A stretch of DNA of 63,143 bases, filler included, from Folioceros fuciformis (Eukaryota): assembly GCA_049999805.1 (NCBI GenBank). It is 11 parts of 11 records of this genome, joined end to end, with 100 filler letters (N's around TTAATTAATTAA, not from the genome) between each part and the next. Parts side by side here need not be neighbours in the genome. Positions count along the whole stretch, not along the records: positions 47,894 to 56,950 come from JBNGIO010006495.1; positions 57,051 to 60,285 come from JBNGIO010006498.1; 9 more parts are not named here. One strand, 5' to 3'. The notes under the pieces were generated by a model. That model ran no database searches. It had not been told where the DNA came from and was given only the letters and a program-made list of their open reading frames with translations. The first letter of the stretch is position 1, and each line of letters opens with the position of its first letter. Positions 47,794-60,385 of the stretch are shown here, one piece after another. A program made the position numbers and the translations under genes.

Positions 47794-48000
47794 NNNNNNN
47801 NNNNNNNNNNNNNNNNNNNNNNNNNNNNNNNNNNNNNTTAATTAATTAANNNNNNNNNNNNNNNNNNNNNNNNNNNNNNNNNNNNNNNNNNNNGCCAGTT
47901 TGAAGATCAAAATTTTCCTCAATATAAAAATCAATCCACACATCCAAACCGCCAAACTTCATTCGCGGCGACTCTTCCACGTGTTATATGACATACCACA

Positions 48001-48405
48001 GCGGACGGGGGAGGTGTCAGAATTTTATTACTATCGCCCCGGGTATCTCCTAGCATATACCTATGTTCAGTCACTGTGGAGAGCTGTCCGCTGCGGGGCC
48101 TTCCCCGAAGAGGTCCGTGCTCCATAGCGGTCATGCTTTCAGAATTGTGCGTTTCATGTATGAGACCCTAAAAGGGTTCCAGAGCAGCGTGTTTGGTACA
48201 CTTCACACGGTTTCTTCTCCATGGTCTCAGCCCCCGCAGCTCACGCTCTCATTTCCTCTAAATTAGACCATGAGCCTGCTCTCATTTCCTCTGACTTAGA
48301 CCATGAGCCTACGACACCGGCACGCACCTAACGCCCCTCTGCCTAACTACATTATCGCAGGGCTTGACGCCCGTGTCTCCGGACCGTGGAATAAACAATG
48401 AGACA
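48001..48405 (+). mobile_element. PPT plus probable 3' LTR (48015-48405)
   Basis: GGACGGGGGAGG followed by TGTC...AATAAA...GACA termini. Confidence 0.55.
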
Positions 48406-48867
48406 TTTCTAATGGGGGCCTTGGTCTCTCGCCACCACTAGTGATTGAGGCATGCCTCAATCACAACATTTATCCTGGACCGCCCTCCCCTACCTCATTT
48501 CAAGCATCATTTTCGAAGCTTGCATTGGGCACAGAGATCCCCATACACCCATTCAAGGGCCTCTACTTCCCACGGGGCTGAATTCTTCAAGCAGAATCTA
48601 GCTTACTCTAGGTCTTCATCTGATCCCCACCCCCATCCTCAGCTCTCCCTCGCAGCGTGCTTTGGCCCTTCAGGTTAGGTTCTGCAGCTAGCATTCCATC
48701 CCTGGCCACCCTGGTCCATGGACGCTGCTCTTAGCATTACAATGGATGTGCAACAGAAGATTCACAAGGGACAAGGATTGCAACATTCCGCATCGCCTAC
48801 AAGCGATTGTCTAAGCAATTGCGTAAAGGAGGGCAACCGACATTCTTGGGGTTTTCTCCTATCAATT

Positions 48868-50600
48868 ATGGTGCGGACCTCCAACAATACTCAGGTGGGT
48901 TTTGGTAGTAGGGGACGACCCACGAGGGCAGCCAGCTCTCCCCAAACCAATGTTCCATCCTTTTCTTGCTTTGGGGGCCAACTGAACTCAAGGGATTTGA
49001 TAGACCTACGGACTTGGGCATGTGATGCAAACATCCAGCTTGACTGAATATGTGGCAGTCACTGGTTGTATATTCATGAAGGCTTGGTGAAGGAGTGCTA
49101 TACCAACCTACAGCAATCGAAGGAGGAGTTGGAAGCCCAACCTAAACGAAACGCGAGGACTGACCCTCGGTGTTGGACTATCCGGAGCATCTAACAGGTG
49201 TACGGTAGGTCAGAAGAGGAGAGCGATGGTATTGGGATCCTGGATAAAACCATAGATGGGCGGAGGTCACCCAGCACCACCCTACCATCTGGGACACTAG
49301 AATTGCTGTTGGGAGGGGAGTTAGCAAGAACCAAGAACGGGTGGAGGACTGAGAGGATCAAGGAGCTCAAATGGCGGTTGTTCACTAAGGTGGTTCTTGG
49401 ATTGGTGAACTATCAACGCACCTCATATTTCAGCAATGCTTTCCTCCACTTCCTTTGGAGAGTGACTCAAGGAGCAAAGCCAGACTGGGGGTTAATTATG
49501 TATGAGGCGTATACCTGCCACAGGGAGAAGTTGCTCAAGCCGAACGGTAGGGAGGGGGGGAGTGCACATCCTTGCTACCTCTCGACTTACTTGGTGCACT
49601 TATGGAAGACAGAAGGGTTGTTAACACAAGAGGAGTTGGAGAAGGCGGAACAACCTTTTGTAGTTGTCCCGTTGCAAGGGGAGGCTTTTATTTTCGGTGG
49701 AGTGTCGACCCCTCTTACGGATGAGGAGTCCCCACTTGATTCCGAATCAGCCATGGCAGCCTATGATGAGTCTGATGAAGATGACACCTCGTTGATACGA
49801 AGACCTAGGGAGCAGCAAAGGGACCGAAGGCTACCATCAGTCACCACCCCCGCAGCCCTAAATTCCGCCCCAACTGAGATGGAGACAGTGAGGGATCCTG
49901 GACCAAGCCAGCCAATAGTTGAGGTAGGGTACCAGGTAGGGGATTTGGCGATGACACTAGTAGTGCAAGCACACAGTGGAGCACCAGATTTGGGGAGAAG
50001 GAGCCCATAGAATTGGGAAGCAGCCCGAGGAGCACATGCCACAAGCCAAGGTAACGATACTTCGTTGGGAGTGTGGAGCAACATCATTCAGTGTGGCCAA
50101 CAGCTACAACACATCAATTGGGGAGAGGCCCGTGCAATGATTGCAACCCTACTACAGGAGCACATAAGTCGGGATGCAAACCAGGCACGACTAGAATCCA
50201 AAGTGCAGGAATTGGAAAAGGAGCGAGAACAACATCTCCTCAAGGATGGTGAGCAAAGGCAAGGACTAGAGAAGTTGACCCAGCAGGTGACCACGTTGCA
50301 AACTTCCCAACAAGGTTTATCACATGAGATCATTGCATGTCGAAGGGACCTCGCCTAGTCTAAGGAAACTAGGAAGGTGGTGGAGGAACAGCTACGGGAA
50401 CAAGTCTACGTTGCAAAGGATTTACAAGGCAAGCTAGATGAGTTGGAGGCACAGAATGCTAAAGCGAACCAAGAACTCCAGCAACGACTTGAAGCAGGGC
50501 AACGAGAGCGAGTAAAGAGGGAACAATTGACCATCCAATTACAAGACCTTCAGCAGGAGAAAGCACAACAAGAAGCTGAGCACCAGACCAAGATTCACAG
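48868..50600 (+). pseudogene. ~580-codon retrotransposon accessory-type ORF with four in-frame stops and a C-terminal coiled coil
   Basis: One continuous frame with TGA 49045, TAA 49192, TAG 50008 and TAG 50356; motifs LVKECYTNL and FLWRVTQGAKPDWGLIMY; long E/Q/L heptads. Confidence 0.6.
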
Positions 50601-53600
50601 GATGCTGGTGGTTCAAGCTCGTAGGTTTCGTGCTGACTATGCCTGCTTGACGGGGTGCAACTCATCAAGAAAACCTTGACCTACAGTTGAAGGTAGGGGC
50701 GATGGAGGGTCACCATCTGAGCTAGAACTGGCGGAGACAACTTCTCCCACTGGCTGTTGAGCCTCGATACCTTCGACAAAAACAACATCCCGGGTATGTG
50801 TGACCTGACAGGTGTGTTTATTAAGAATCTTATAGCCTTTAACTCCTTTAGTAAAACCAATGAAGATGCAGGGGCTTGACTTGGGCTCGAACTTCTTGCG
50901 CAGGTCCTTAGGAATGTGAGCATACACAGTAGAGCCGAATACACGCATGTTGGACAGGTCAGGCTTGCGGCCTGTCCACAGCTCATAGGGAGTCTTGCCG
51001 CGAATTGACTAGTGAGCAATCCTATTCTGAATATATGTGGCATGTGCAACTCCTTCAGCCCAGTAGCTCTTGGGTAAACTAGCATAATGAAGCATGCTGG
51101 AGGCTGAGGTTTCAAGAGACTGATTCTTACGTTCAGAGACTCCGTTCTGTTGAGGACTGTACGCATTGGTAAGTTGGCGAGAGATCCCATGCTTATTACA
51201 GAAGGTAGTGAATGCTGCTGAAAGGTACTCTCCTCCATTGTCGGATCGCAGAGTCTTTAAACGGCAGCCAGTCTGATTCTCAGCCCATGACTGGTATTCC
51301 ATGAAGCACCCAAGCGTCTCACATTTGTATCGCAGGAAATAAACGACACAGAACCTGGTACAATCGTCGATAAAGGTGAGGAAATATTCCTTGCCACCTA
51401 GTGAAGTGGGCAGTTTGCCACAAATGTCACTGTGAACCAGGTCTAACTTTTCTGTTGCTCGAGATGCCTTGGCAAGAATGGGTGCGCGCTTGTGCTTCCC
51501 AAGGACGCAAAATTCACACACACCAAAGTCCTGAAGAATATCCAAGGTAATTCCGTCAACCAGCTTGTCCTTATACATTCTGACCAGTTTCGGAAAAATT
51601 AACATGACCTAGGCGCAGATGCCACAGGTAGGTCAAAGAGGGGTGAGCAAAATGCGTGGTCGTGGAAGAGGCATATGCCTTGTCAGACTGTAAGTCAAGA
51701 TGATAAAGGTCGTCCTTCTGAAGGTGACCCGTAGCCAAGAGAGTTCCATCCTTGGTTTCCACAACACACTTGCCATCCCCAAAGCATACATAGCAGTCGG
51801 ATTGATCGATTTTGCGAACAAAGACCAAGTTCTTAGCAAGGCCAGGGACATATAATACGTCTGGAATTTCCAGATGCTGGTCCGGTTGTAGGTCAAGTTT
51901 GACTGTCCCTTTGCCTTCAATCTTATGCTTAGAATCATCACCAAGACAGACAAATTCTGCAGGCTTGCTGTCCTTGATTTCAGTGAACTACGCAGCATGT
52001 GGGGACATGTGCTGCGAAGCACCACTGTCAATGTACCATGTATGCTCAGGTTGTTGAGCAAAGCAAGCGACAACATTGCAATGATGATGATCAGGGGCAG
52101 CTGATGATGTTGAAGGCTCCGCCATAACCACACTGGTGTAGAATGCGCGGGTATATTTATTCATGGTAACTGCCAGGTGGCCCGAAGAATGACCACCCTC
52201 AGCTGCAAGGCACTTGCGACAGACCTCCCAGGTATGGTTGGACATGCCGCAATACCCACAAGGGGGTTTAGGTCTGCCAGAAGGAGCTGCTGGGGATCTG
52301 GATGGCATACTGCGGCCACGGCCTCTTCCCCTCTGAAAGGGGCGGCCTCGACCACGTCCTCTGCCAGGTCTGTTTAGAAACAGGGCCTTATCACCATTAT
52401 AGGTGAGGGATGCATTTGCAATTTTTCGCCGTGATTCCTCAGTCAGCATAGCAGCAATGACTCTGTTAATAGTGATAGTGGGAACATCTTGCAGGCCATG
52501 AACGACACTTGTCCAGGATTCGGGCAAGGTCGTGAGAAGGATAACCGCCAAAAGCTCCTCCTCTAAGGTAAAACCAGCAGACACCATCTTTCCACGCAAA
52601 TTGCAAAATTCTAGGACATGCTTGTCCACTGAATTGGTGTCTTGCATTTTCAGGCCAAGAAACTGCTTCAGAACAAAGGTCTGAAGCATGAGATCCCTAG
52701 AGTCGTATACAAGTTTTACTTACTGCCACCAGGAGGCTGCAACTTCGGCAGCTCCTTGGAAAACTCCAGTGTGTGTACTCTTGACACTGAAGTGAAGAAG
52801 GGTGCGAGCAAACTGATCATCTTCCTCCCACTTAGCAAGCTCATCATGTAAAGTTGCAGCTGGTTTAGGTGTGGGGACTGGAGGTGTTCCCACACCATGA
52901 ACGTGTGCCCATAACTTCCTCGACTGGAGGATCTCCTCCATACTCTTCTTCCAAACATGATAGTTACTGCCATCGAATTTATCCTCCTTTGGAATATTGA
53001 TGGTAGTTGTAATGGAAGGTGGTGGAGGTTGGGCCATAATGTCTTACGCTACGGCAGCTAAACCAGGCTCCAGTTAGCCTAACAGGAAAGTAGATGATTG
53101 GCCTCTTCGCATAGTTGCAAAATGATCTTCACTGTTTGCTTCTTAAATAAGGAAAATTCTTGCATAAAATAATACAGGAAATATACAGCATGCTGATCAA
53201 GTAGAAATGTGGGAAGCGCCACAGGATTCTTGCTGAACAGGTAGCTGAGGTGAAGATGCAGTCGATGATGCAAAAAGGAAATGGAGCTGGGAAGATACAA
53301 GTGAAAAACTTCCTTGCTAAGGGCAGCAACATCTTAATTAAACAAGGTCAGACACATCAATGGTGCTGTAATCGTAGCCATCTAGAGCAGGAAACCCTTG
53401 TAAGACATTAGTGGCCATGAGCTCGCAAATGATGCTAATTCTAGACCATACTTGTTGCCAGCGGGTTGGACCGAGGGAGCGCATGTAAGCTTCCTCCCTT
53501 TCTTGTAACCAGACTTGCAGTGATTGTTGTCTTGCAGCTCTGCGTGCTAGTCGTTGGCGTTTCCGGAGACCAAGCATAGTTGCTGACCTGCTTGTGGGGC

Positions 53601-54058
53601 TGTTGACATTTTCCAGGAGTGGGACCCTAGAGGCATTTGTAACAACAACACAACTAGGACAGCAACGCACAAATCTCAAGAAAAAGTAGGACTGGGCATC
53701 ACGACTGATAAAAGTAAAATGATGCCAGCAGAGAACAAGACAAAGAATGCGTGCCCAGAGAACCGGGCAATATATTGCACGCTTTTAGAAATGCAAGCGC
53801 AAAACAGCAATCGACATGATCGAGTAGTTCAAGAACAGAAAAAAAAATTCGTGTAGAAATTCCCGCTCTGATACCATGACACTATCAGAGAGCACACGGG
53901 AGCACGTAGGCATAGAATAGAGAATACAATAGAAAGTAGTTACAGTCGCGTGTCTTATGTACGTGACGGTTGTGGCGGTTGAATAAACTAACCTACCGAC
54001 ATGTAAACCCTAGCTACATATATATATTTATATATATTTATATATTTATATAATATCA
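50600..54058 (-). mobile_element. Truncated Ty1/copia element (5' LTR about 53877-54058, PBS 53865-53876, gag from 53037, PR, IN; no RT/RH)
   Basis: TGGTATCAGAGC, KFDGSNYHVWKK, CGYCGMSNHTWEVC, WYIDSGAS, WHLRLGH, VHSDICG, RSDNGGEY. Confidence 0.9.
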
Positions 54059-55339
54059 GGAGGCTCAACAGGATATCTACAAGAGTAGATGCGAGGGTGG
54101 GGATTGGGTTGTTGACATGGATACCATAGATCTAGCTCAACAGAATCGCAACCTCCACCTACACCAACGTCTACTCGCTCATCACATGGAACTGGCAGCA
54201 TTGGCAAGGCGAAGGTATCTTGGGCCACATGATGACGACCATGAGGCCCTGGAGATAGTGCCCCTACCAACAGACTTTCAAGAGGACAGCAGTATGGACC
54301 TAGAGAGCTTGCAATGGGAACCTGAGGAGCTGCTATGGGCTAGGAAGAGCACGCAACAAGGGGTACCTACTCCCGTAGGGAACCTACCTACGAGAGGAGG
54401 GGTAGGAATGGTAGGTACCCTACCTACGGAGGGAACATTCCCACCCTACGTAGGGAAGGAGCCTCAAGTTGAGGAACAAGGGGAACCTTCCCCTACCAAA
54501 CTTGTAGGTGGTGGTGAAGGGATAGCCCAAGAGATCCACATAGAGGAAGGTACGGTGGAAGCTTGTGGATCCAAAAGAAGACGAATCCCAATAATGGAGG
54601 GGGGCCCAGTGGCTCAACCTTCAGACTCTGCCTCCCTTCAAGAGCCATCCTAGCCATACCTTTTTGAAAAAGGGGGTCAACGAATCTTCTATGGCGGCAC
54701 CGACAGTCCTAATATTCATCGGCGCGCACTGCCTTAGCAACTATTGGTAGGTCTTAGCCACTTGGTAGGTGTGCGTAGTTGAAGCTGGCCACGGCTAGTG
54801 GTAGGTAGGAAGCCGTCTGCCATTCTATATAAGTAGAACGAAGAACTTGAGCCAGAGGCCCCCGTTCTTTGATTGTAAGTGTTTCGTGACGAATAGAGAA
54901 CCAATTTTCGTAAGCCTACGTGGACATCCTGGCGGAAGGGGGAGCTGCGAGTGCCCTTTCTGTTGCTGATTGCAAAGGTTCTTGTGATGTCTGGTTGGGA
55001 GTCTTGAACGTAGGGAAACATGGAGTTGGATCGTGTAGAAGGTGTTGTGAGGAGACTTGTGGGGAAAGGTGCTGGGTGTAGGTAGTTGGAAGTTGGTAAG
55101 GGGAGGTACTGGGGCCCTTCCAAGTGAAGGAATGGTGCCTTCCTACCGACTAGACGTGTTGAAGGTACACGCTGGGAAAGGTTGAATGTCGTCGGCGAAC
55201 GATAAACAGAGTTGCAGGGAGCGGAGTAGGCTTGGAGGAAAACTTGTTGGTCGCTGGGCGTAGGGAGACGAGTAGCTAGATTGTGGGTAGAGGAAGGTGT
55301 TGTAGGGAGCCTTGTGAGGAAAAGGTATTGAGTGTAGGG

Positions 55340-55700
55340 AGGTAGAAATCGGTAGGGGAGGTACTGGGGCCCTTCCAAGTGAAGGANNNNNNNNNNAGGT
55401 AGAAATCGGTAGGGGAGGTACTGGGGCCCTTCCAAGTGAAGGAATGGTGGTGCCTACCTACTGACGGGACGTGTTGCACGATTGGTAGGGACGTGATTGG
55501 AAGGTAGAAATCGGTAGGGGAGGTACTGGGGCTCTTCCAAGTGAAGGAATGGTGCCTACCTATTGACGGGACGTGTTGCACGATAGGTAGGAATGTGATT
55601 GGAAGGTAGAAATCGGTAGGGGAGGTACTGGGGCCCTTCCAAGTGAAGGAATAGTGCCTACCTATTGATGGGACGTGTGGCCAGATTGGTAGGTACGTGG
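55340..55700. repeat. ~102-bp tandem repeat (at least 4 units, plus a partial copy near 55100)
   Basis: Unit starts AGGTAGAAATCGGTAGGGGAGGTACTGGGG at 55340, 55397 (after gap), 55502 and 55604. Confidence 0.85.
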
Positions 55701-57207
55701 TTGGGAGAGTTGACTCGTGTAGGGGAGCGATAGACATAGCTGACCAGGCTCAAAGGGGAGCGATTCCGGGGAAACCTACAACGACCGTGGGATTGATGTG
55801 GCCATGATACATGTGAGCGGGTGCCTGGTACGGATACCATGCCCGCTTGCCCACAGAGGTACCCCGTAGGAAGGTGACACTCACTCTCTCTTGGAGGGAC
55901 AAGATGGATCTAACCAACAAGCAGCTGAACTAGAAGATCATACTAGCAGCAACCCAGCACCCAAATGGTGACGTGTAGAAGAGGCAGGGGACACCTGCCC
56001 ACCAAATCCAAGAGATCAGCCAGGATCTGTTGACTTAGAATAGTTTAATAGGTTGATATCATTGAAGGTGGTGGGCTAGAGGATAGTGAGGTAGCCCATT
56101 AGGACTGACGGCAAGCTAGTTACTAGGAAAGCCTAAATTAATGACTAGTGACAATTCACTAGCTTAGTTAACTTATTAAAATAGCAATTTACCTATAAGA
56201 GAGAGGTAAGGTCGGAGAGAGAGGATCTCCTATAAGGGGGAGAGATTCTATTGGGTTCATTTTTGTCATAACACACTTTGCTTTCTGGTCTATCTCTGCT
56301 TACTCTTGCACAAGTGGTGGTGTCGAATGTGTAGGCGCACAGTGCCTCGTGGGATCGGAGGTGTGGTGTGGTGGCTAGGGTTGGGGAGTTCTTGTGATGA
56401 ATTCGAGGGCTCCCCCCAACTCCTATCGGGCATAAGATAGGTTTCTTGTCCAACACTCCTTAGTGCCTTTCTTCACCACACTTCTACCTCTATTGTTCCT
56501 ACTGACAACATTAACGGGTACTCATCTCATAAGCCATTTAGCAAATTCCTTCTTGCCAATAGCCATAGTCGGGCATCAAAAAATGAAGTTTACAGGTAAA
56601 ATCATATATGCATGCACTCTTCATCTAGCTCAATCATCACATGATACCTAACTAAAGTTCCATGATCTGCGTATACTCCACTCAAAACCCCAAATAAGGG
56701 TATGATCAACACACAAAGTTCTCTGCATGTGCTCCTCAACAACCTATTATCACGCTGCTTTTTATATCCAACAACTCTAGTGATGGATATGGGAGTTGCA
56801 TCCCTACGGGGATGGTACATTGGCACTACATGGTCTGCTTTATGGCCCAACATGGCACTATAAGTGTATTCCATTCAAACGTCGGTGTCATTGGAGTGTA
56901 CGTGTTCTTCTTCATCAATATCATGAAATTGTTCGGCTGGTGCTCGTGTTNNNNNNNNNNNNNNNNNNNNNNNNNNNNNNNNNNNNNNNNNNNNTTAATT
57001 AATTAANNNNNNNNNNNNNNNNNNNNNNNNNNNNNNNNNNNNNNNNNNNNCCCACCTAGCTTAGCCACCTGTACGGCCTTCCTTCATGTCAATCAATGGA
57101 TGTTTGATGTACAAGGTACAAACGTACGCTACTTGTGTCACCGCCATCGGTGTGTCTGAGCAGTTACCTGATGATCACGCTTGCGCGCGCAAGCGATCAC
57201 GGCTCAG

Positions 57208-58240
57208 ATGATGGGCGTGAGCACTAGCACTACTCTCCCTCATTTTCTTGTTCTTGGTTCTTTGTCCACCACCAAAGAATTTGGCAGCTTCCGTACGAAC
57301 ATTTGTGCATGAAGGCTGCTGAGATGGAGAGTCTGACCCTGCAGCGAAATCGCACGGTCTGGCGAAGAGGCCGGGACCGGGGACTGTGGGGACGACCTGG
57401 AATGCATGAAGGCTGGTGGTGGTATTGCGTGCCTGGTCCAAAGGGAGCTCGGTCCTCGAAGGCATTTGCGAGCTGTGACGGAGCCTCGCAGATCTGCGAC
57501 TCCGACTTGTGAGTCCTTGGCTGCATAATGACTGCAAAATGTTGTTGAAATTCTGCACCGTTGTTCAAGATTGCGTGTGACGACCTGATGCGTAGCTGAA
57601 TTGCAGTGAAGCCAGCGCATGTGAGGCAAGAAATCCTGGCCGATTCTTCGTATAAATGGGAAAGCAGGGGCTCGTCACGGCAGGTTGAATGGAATTCTGT
57701 GACACACGGTCCTGCGTTTTGGAAATGTGGTGGTTTCACTTAGCAATTTCAGCACTCAATCGATGTGTCAACGGTGCAGGAGCTTGGCGACTCGTTGAGC
57801 AGCAGAAGAAGAGAGCGCGTCTGGGATGACGCGCCGCTTTTCCGTATGCATGGGCTAGCGCAGGCCCGCCCGCGTGATGGACGTCATATTCGGGATTCTC
57901 GTGAATCTGGACCTTGCAAGTATGGTTTGACGCATTCAGTGCTCGGATGAGATTGCAGATCTGACTTTTATTGTTCGGGAGAGCTCGCACGTATCAAGCT
58001 CAGAGCATGAGCAAGCTTGCACTCTTGTTTTGACGAGGTTGATTCTTGCAGGATGAAGGAGGATTTTGGACGTGGAGTCTGGAGTAAATTGTCTCAGACT
58101 GAGTGGGGACGGGTTTGTGAGTCTGTGCTGGCCTTGGAACTCCTGGTGCAAGATGATGAATATGTTCCAAATTCTGTTTTCTATCGGGTTCTCAAGGGAT
58201 GTATTGCGAGGAAAGATCTGATTGCAGCAGCAGCAGCAGG
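57208..58240 (+). pseudogene. Degenerate 5' portion of a PLS-PPR gene
   Basis: Ser/Thr-rich start MMGVSTSTTLPH..., later EWGRVCESVLALELLVQ..VPNSVFYRVLKGCIARKDL (first PPR-like motif), then truncation. Confidence 0.45.
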
Positions 58241-59269
58241 TGGCCAGGCAGCTCTTGAAGGATGAAGAGGCTGAGGTTATGAGGGGCAGGAAACAGAATC
58301 AGGAGCAGCTGCAAGCGCTGGATAAGGTGACCAAGAACATTACCGAATTGCGTGAAGAGCAGGATTGTTGATGTGGAATGTGACTATGGGACTGTTTCCA
58401 ATTGCCATGATTTCCCCGGAGCAGAAAGTAAGCATGTCCGAAACCTTGACACTTGTGGGGGATGATGTTTCTGATGAAGGACCAACTCTGCTGAAGGGTG
58501 CTAAAAGTGCCATTTCTCATTGGAAACCAAGGAGGCCTCGCTGTAACCGGGCCGCACAGAGCACAATGGAGGTCGGAAAGATCCCCCCTGTGTATGGTCT
58601 AGGTTTTTGGGGATCACACGAGTAGCATTGACCCCTTGATAAGTGCCAAAGAGACTTGAAAGAGACTTGATCTGGAATCCGAGACGACTGAAGGTCTACT
58701 TGGGAACCACAGCCTCGAACATGTACAGATGTATGTCTCCCCGACTGATCACTCACAGTCCTTAATGAATGGCGTGTCGAGTTGGGTTCCGGTGAGCCGG
58801 TTCATGGGCGGTGATTTGAAATCGTATGGCCCATAAGTGGCGCCCACCATTTCCCAGACCATATTTAGCTCGCCTTGCTGCTCTGGGTAAGGTTGTGGTA
58901 ACTCGGCTTTCTACTTTGGGGAAGGTTCTGGTAGCTCGGTTCCGCTTTCGATTGGTTCCTAGGGGTCCGGGGCTGCGCCTACCTGGTTCTGCTGCTGTAC
59001 AGACATAGATCGGTGGGGATTTCAGCTTGAGCGCCGCCAACGCCGTGCCCACCCGCCTTTGCGAACGTCGCTGACAAGCAGGTATGCCTGCCCGCTCTCA
59101 GCTCGCCTCTCTGCTTCGGGTAAGGTTTGGGTAGCTCGGTTCGGGTTTGTTGCTGGTTTCTAGGGGTCCGGGACTGCTTGAGGCTGGTTCTGACGGCTGG
59201 TCTCTGATGTACAGACCTCTGTCTCCTCTCCCTGGCCTACTCCCTTAGGACGCTGATTTGATATATAGA

Positions 59270-60022
59270 ATGGCTCCTGTGGCTCAAGACAACAAGAACC
59301 GCCTGAGTTCCATGTTCTATGGTCTTGTGTTTGATGTGTTTAAAAACTTAGACGAAACTCACGTGACCAGAGCCCTAGCTATCGGGGAACAGATCTCTCA
59401 GCTCGAGAGCACTGCCCGGATCTCTCCGCTCGAGAGCACTGCCCGGATCTCTCCGCTCGAGAGCACTGCCCAGATCTCTCAGCTCGAGAGCACTGTCCAA
59501 GAGGCTCTTGCTGTGGGTTCTGTGAAAGACGAACTCATCCGAACTCTGGAGGAACATGTGGTAAGGGTTTTGGAAGAACAGGTGCGGGATTTGCAGGAAC
59601 ATGTGGTAAGGGTTTTGGAAGAACAGGTGCGGGATTTGCGCCTCAAGTTAGTACAGAGCAAGGGGCTTACAACGCTCCGAGGTTTGTGGGAACATCTTCA
59701 GGAGGAGCTCATTATTGCTCATGCTTTGGAGGGTAGGGATTGGTTTAAGAACTGGAAGGAGATCTTACATTCGAATAGGCCTCTGCAGGATTGCCTAGAG
59801 GCTTCAGCTGGATGGAGCCACCCGGTACAGGCAGCAAAGCTCGTTCAGATCTATAGAGTCCTGTCGGAGCATATTCATGAAGAAAAATCGAGGTTAAGGT
59901 TTGAGTTAAGTCGAACAGGCGGGTACATTCTCCTTGACCAACATCATCCATTGACATGTGACCAGGCGTTGGCTACCATATGTGTAGCTTCTAGCTTAGG
60001 TTTGAATGTTAGACTTAGTTAG
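59270..60022 (+). CDS. Hypothetical coiled-coil protein with internal 27-bp (x4) and 42-bp (x2) repeats
   Basis: 250-aa ATG ORF; frame-preserving repeats ISPLESTAR and EHVVRVLEEQVRDL; GT-AG intron-like segments upstream. Confidence 0.6.
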   Translation: MAPVAQDNKNRLSSMFYGLVFDVFKNLDETHVTRALAIGEQISQLESTARISPLESTARISPLESTAQISQLESTVQEALAVGSVKDELIRTLEEHVVRVLEEQVRDLQEHVVRVLEEQVRDLRLKLVQSKGLTTLRGLWEHLQEELIIAHALEGRDWFKNWKEILHSNRPLQDCLEASAGWSHPVQAAKLVQIYRVLSEHIHEEKSRLRFELSRTGGYILLDQHHPLTCDQALATICVASSLGLNVRLS

Positions 60023-60385
60023 ACTCTGGCTTAGCTTGGCTACAAACTCCTTAAGGTAAAGGATGGAGGGTGCTCCACACTTGTGAGTGTAGCATCATGG
60101 ATGCCGTGCAAACACAAGAGGCTAAGGTGAAGGCCCAAGTGAGCAGAAGAGGCTAAGGTGAAGGCCCAAGTGAGCGATGCACAGCCAGATGATCGACTTC
60201 TACCATACCACCTCCAGGGCAGGAAGGGTATGAGTCAGCTGGAGCTGGAAGATGAGGTCCAACTGGAGCTGGAAGATGAGGTCCANNNNNNNNNNNNNNN
60301 NNNNNNNNNNNNNNNNNNNNNNNNNNNNNTTAATTAATTAANNNNNNNNNNNNNNNNNNNNNNNNNNNNNNNNNNNNNNNNNNNN

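Noticed and set aside
55340-55700. CRISPR-like array
   Set aside because: Units repeat in full with no unique spacers, there are no cas genes, and the context is eukaryotic.
56028-56455. Solo LTR (TGTTG...CAACA with TATA)
   Set aside because: The flanking 5-mers (GGATC vs CTCCT) do not form a TSD and there is no partner LTR or PBS to confirm it.
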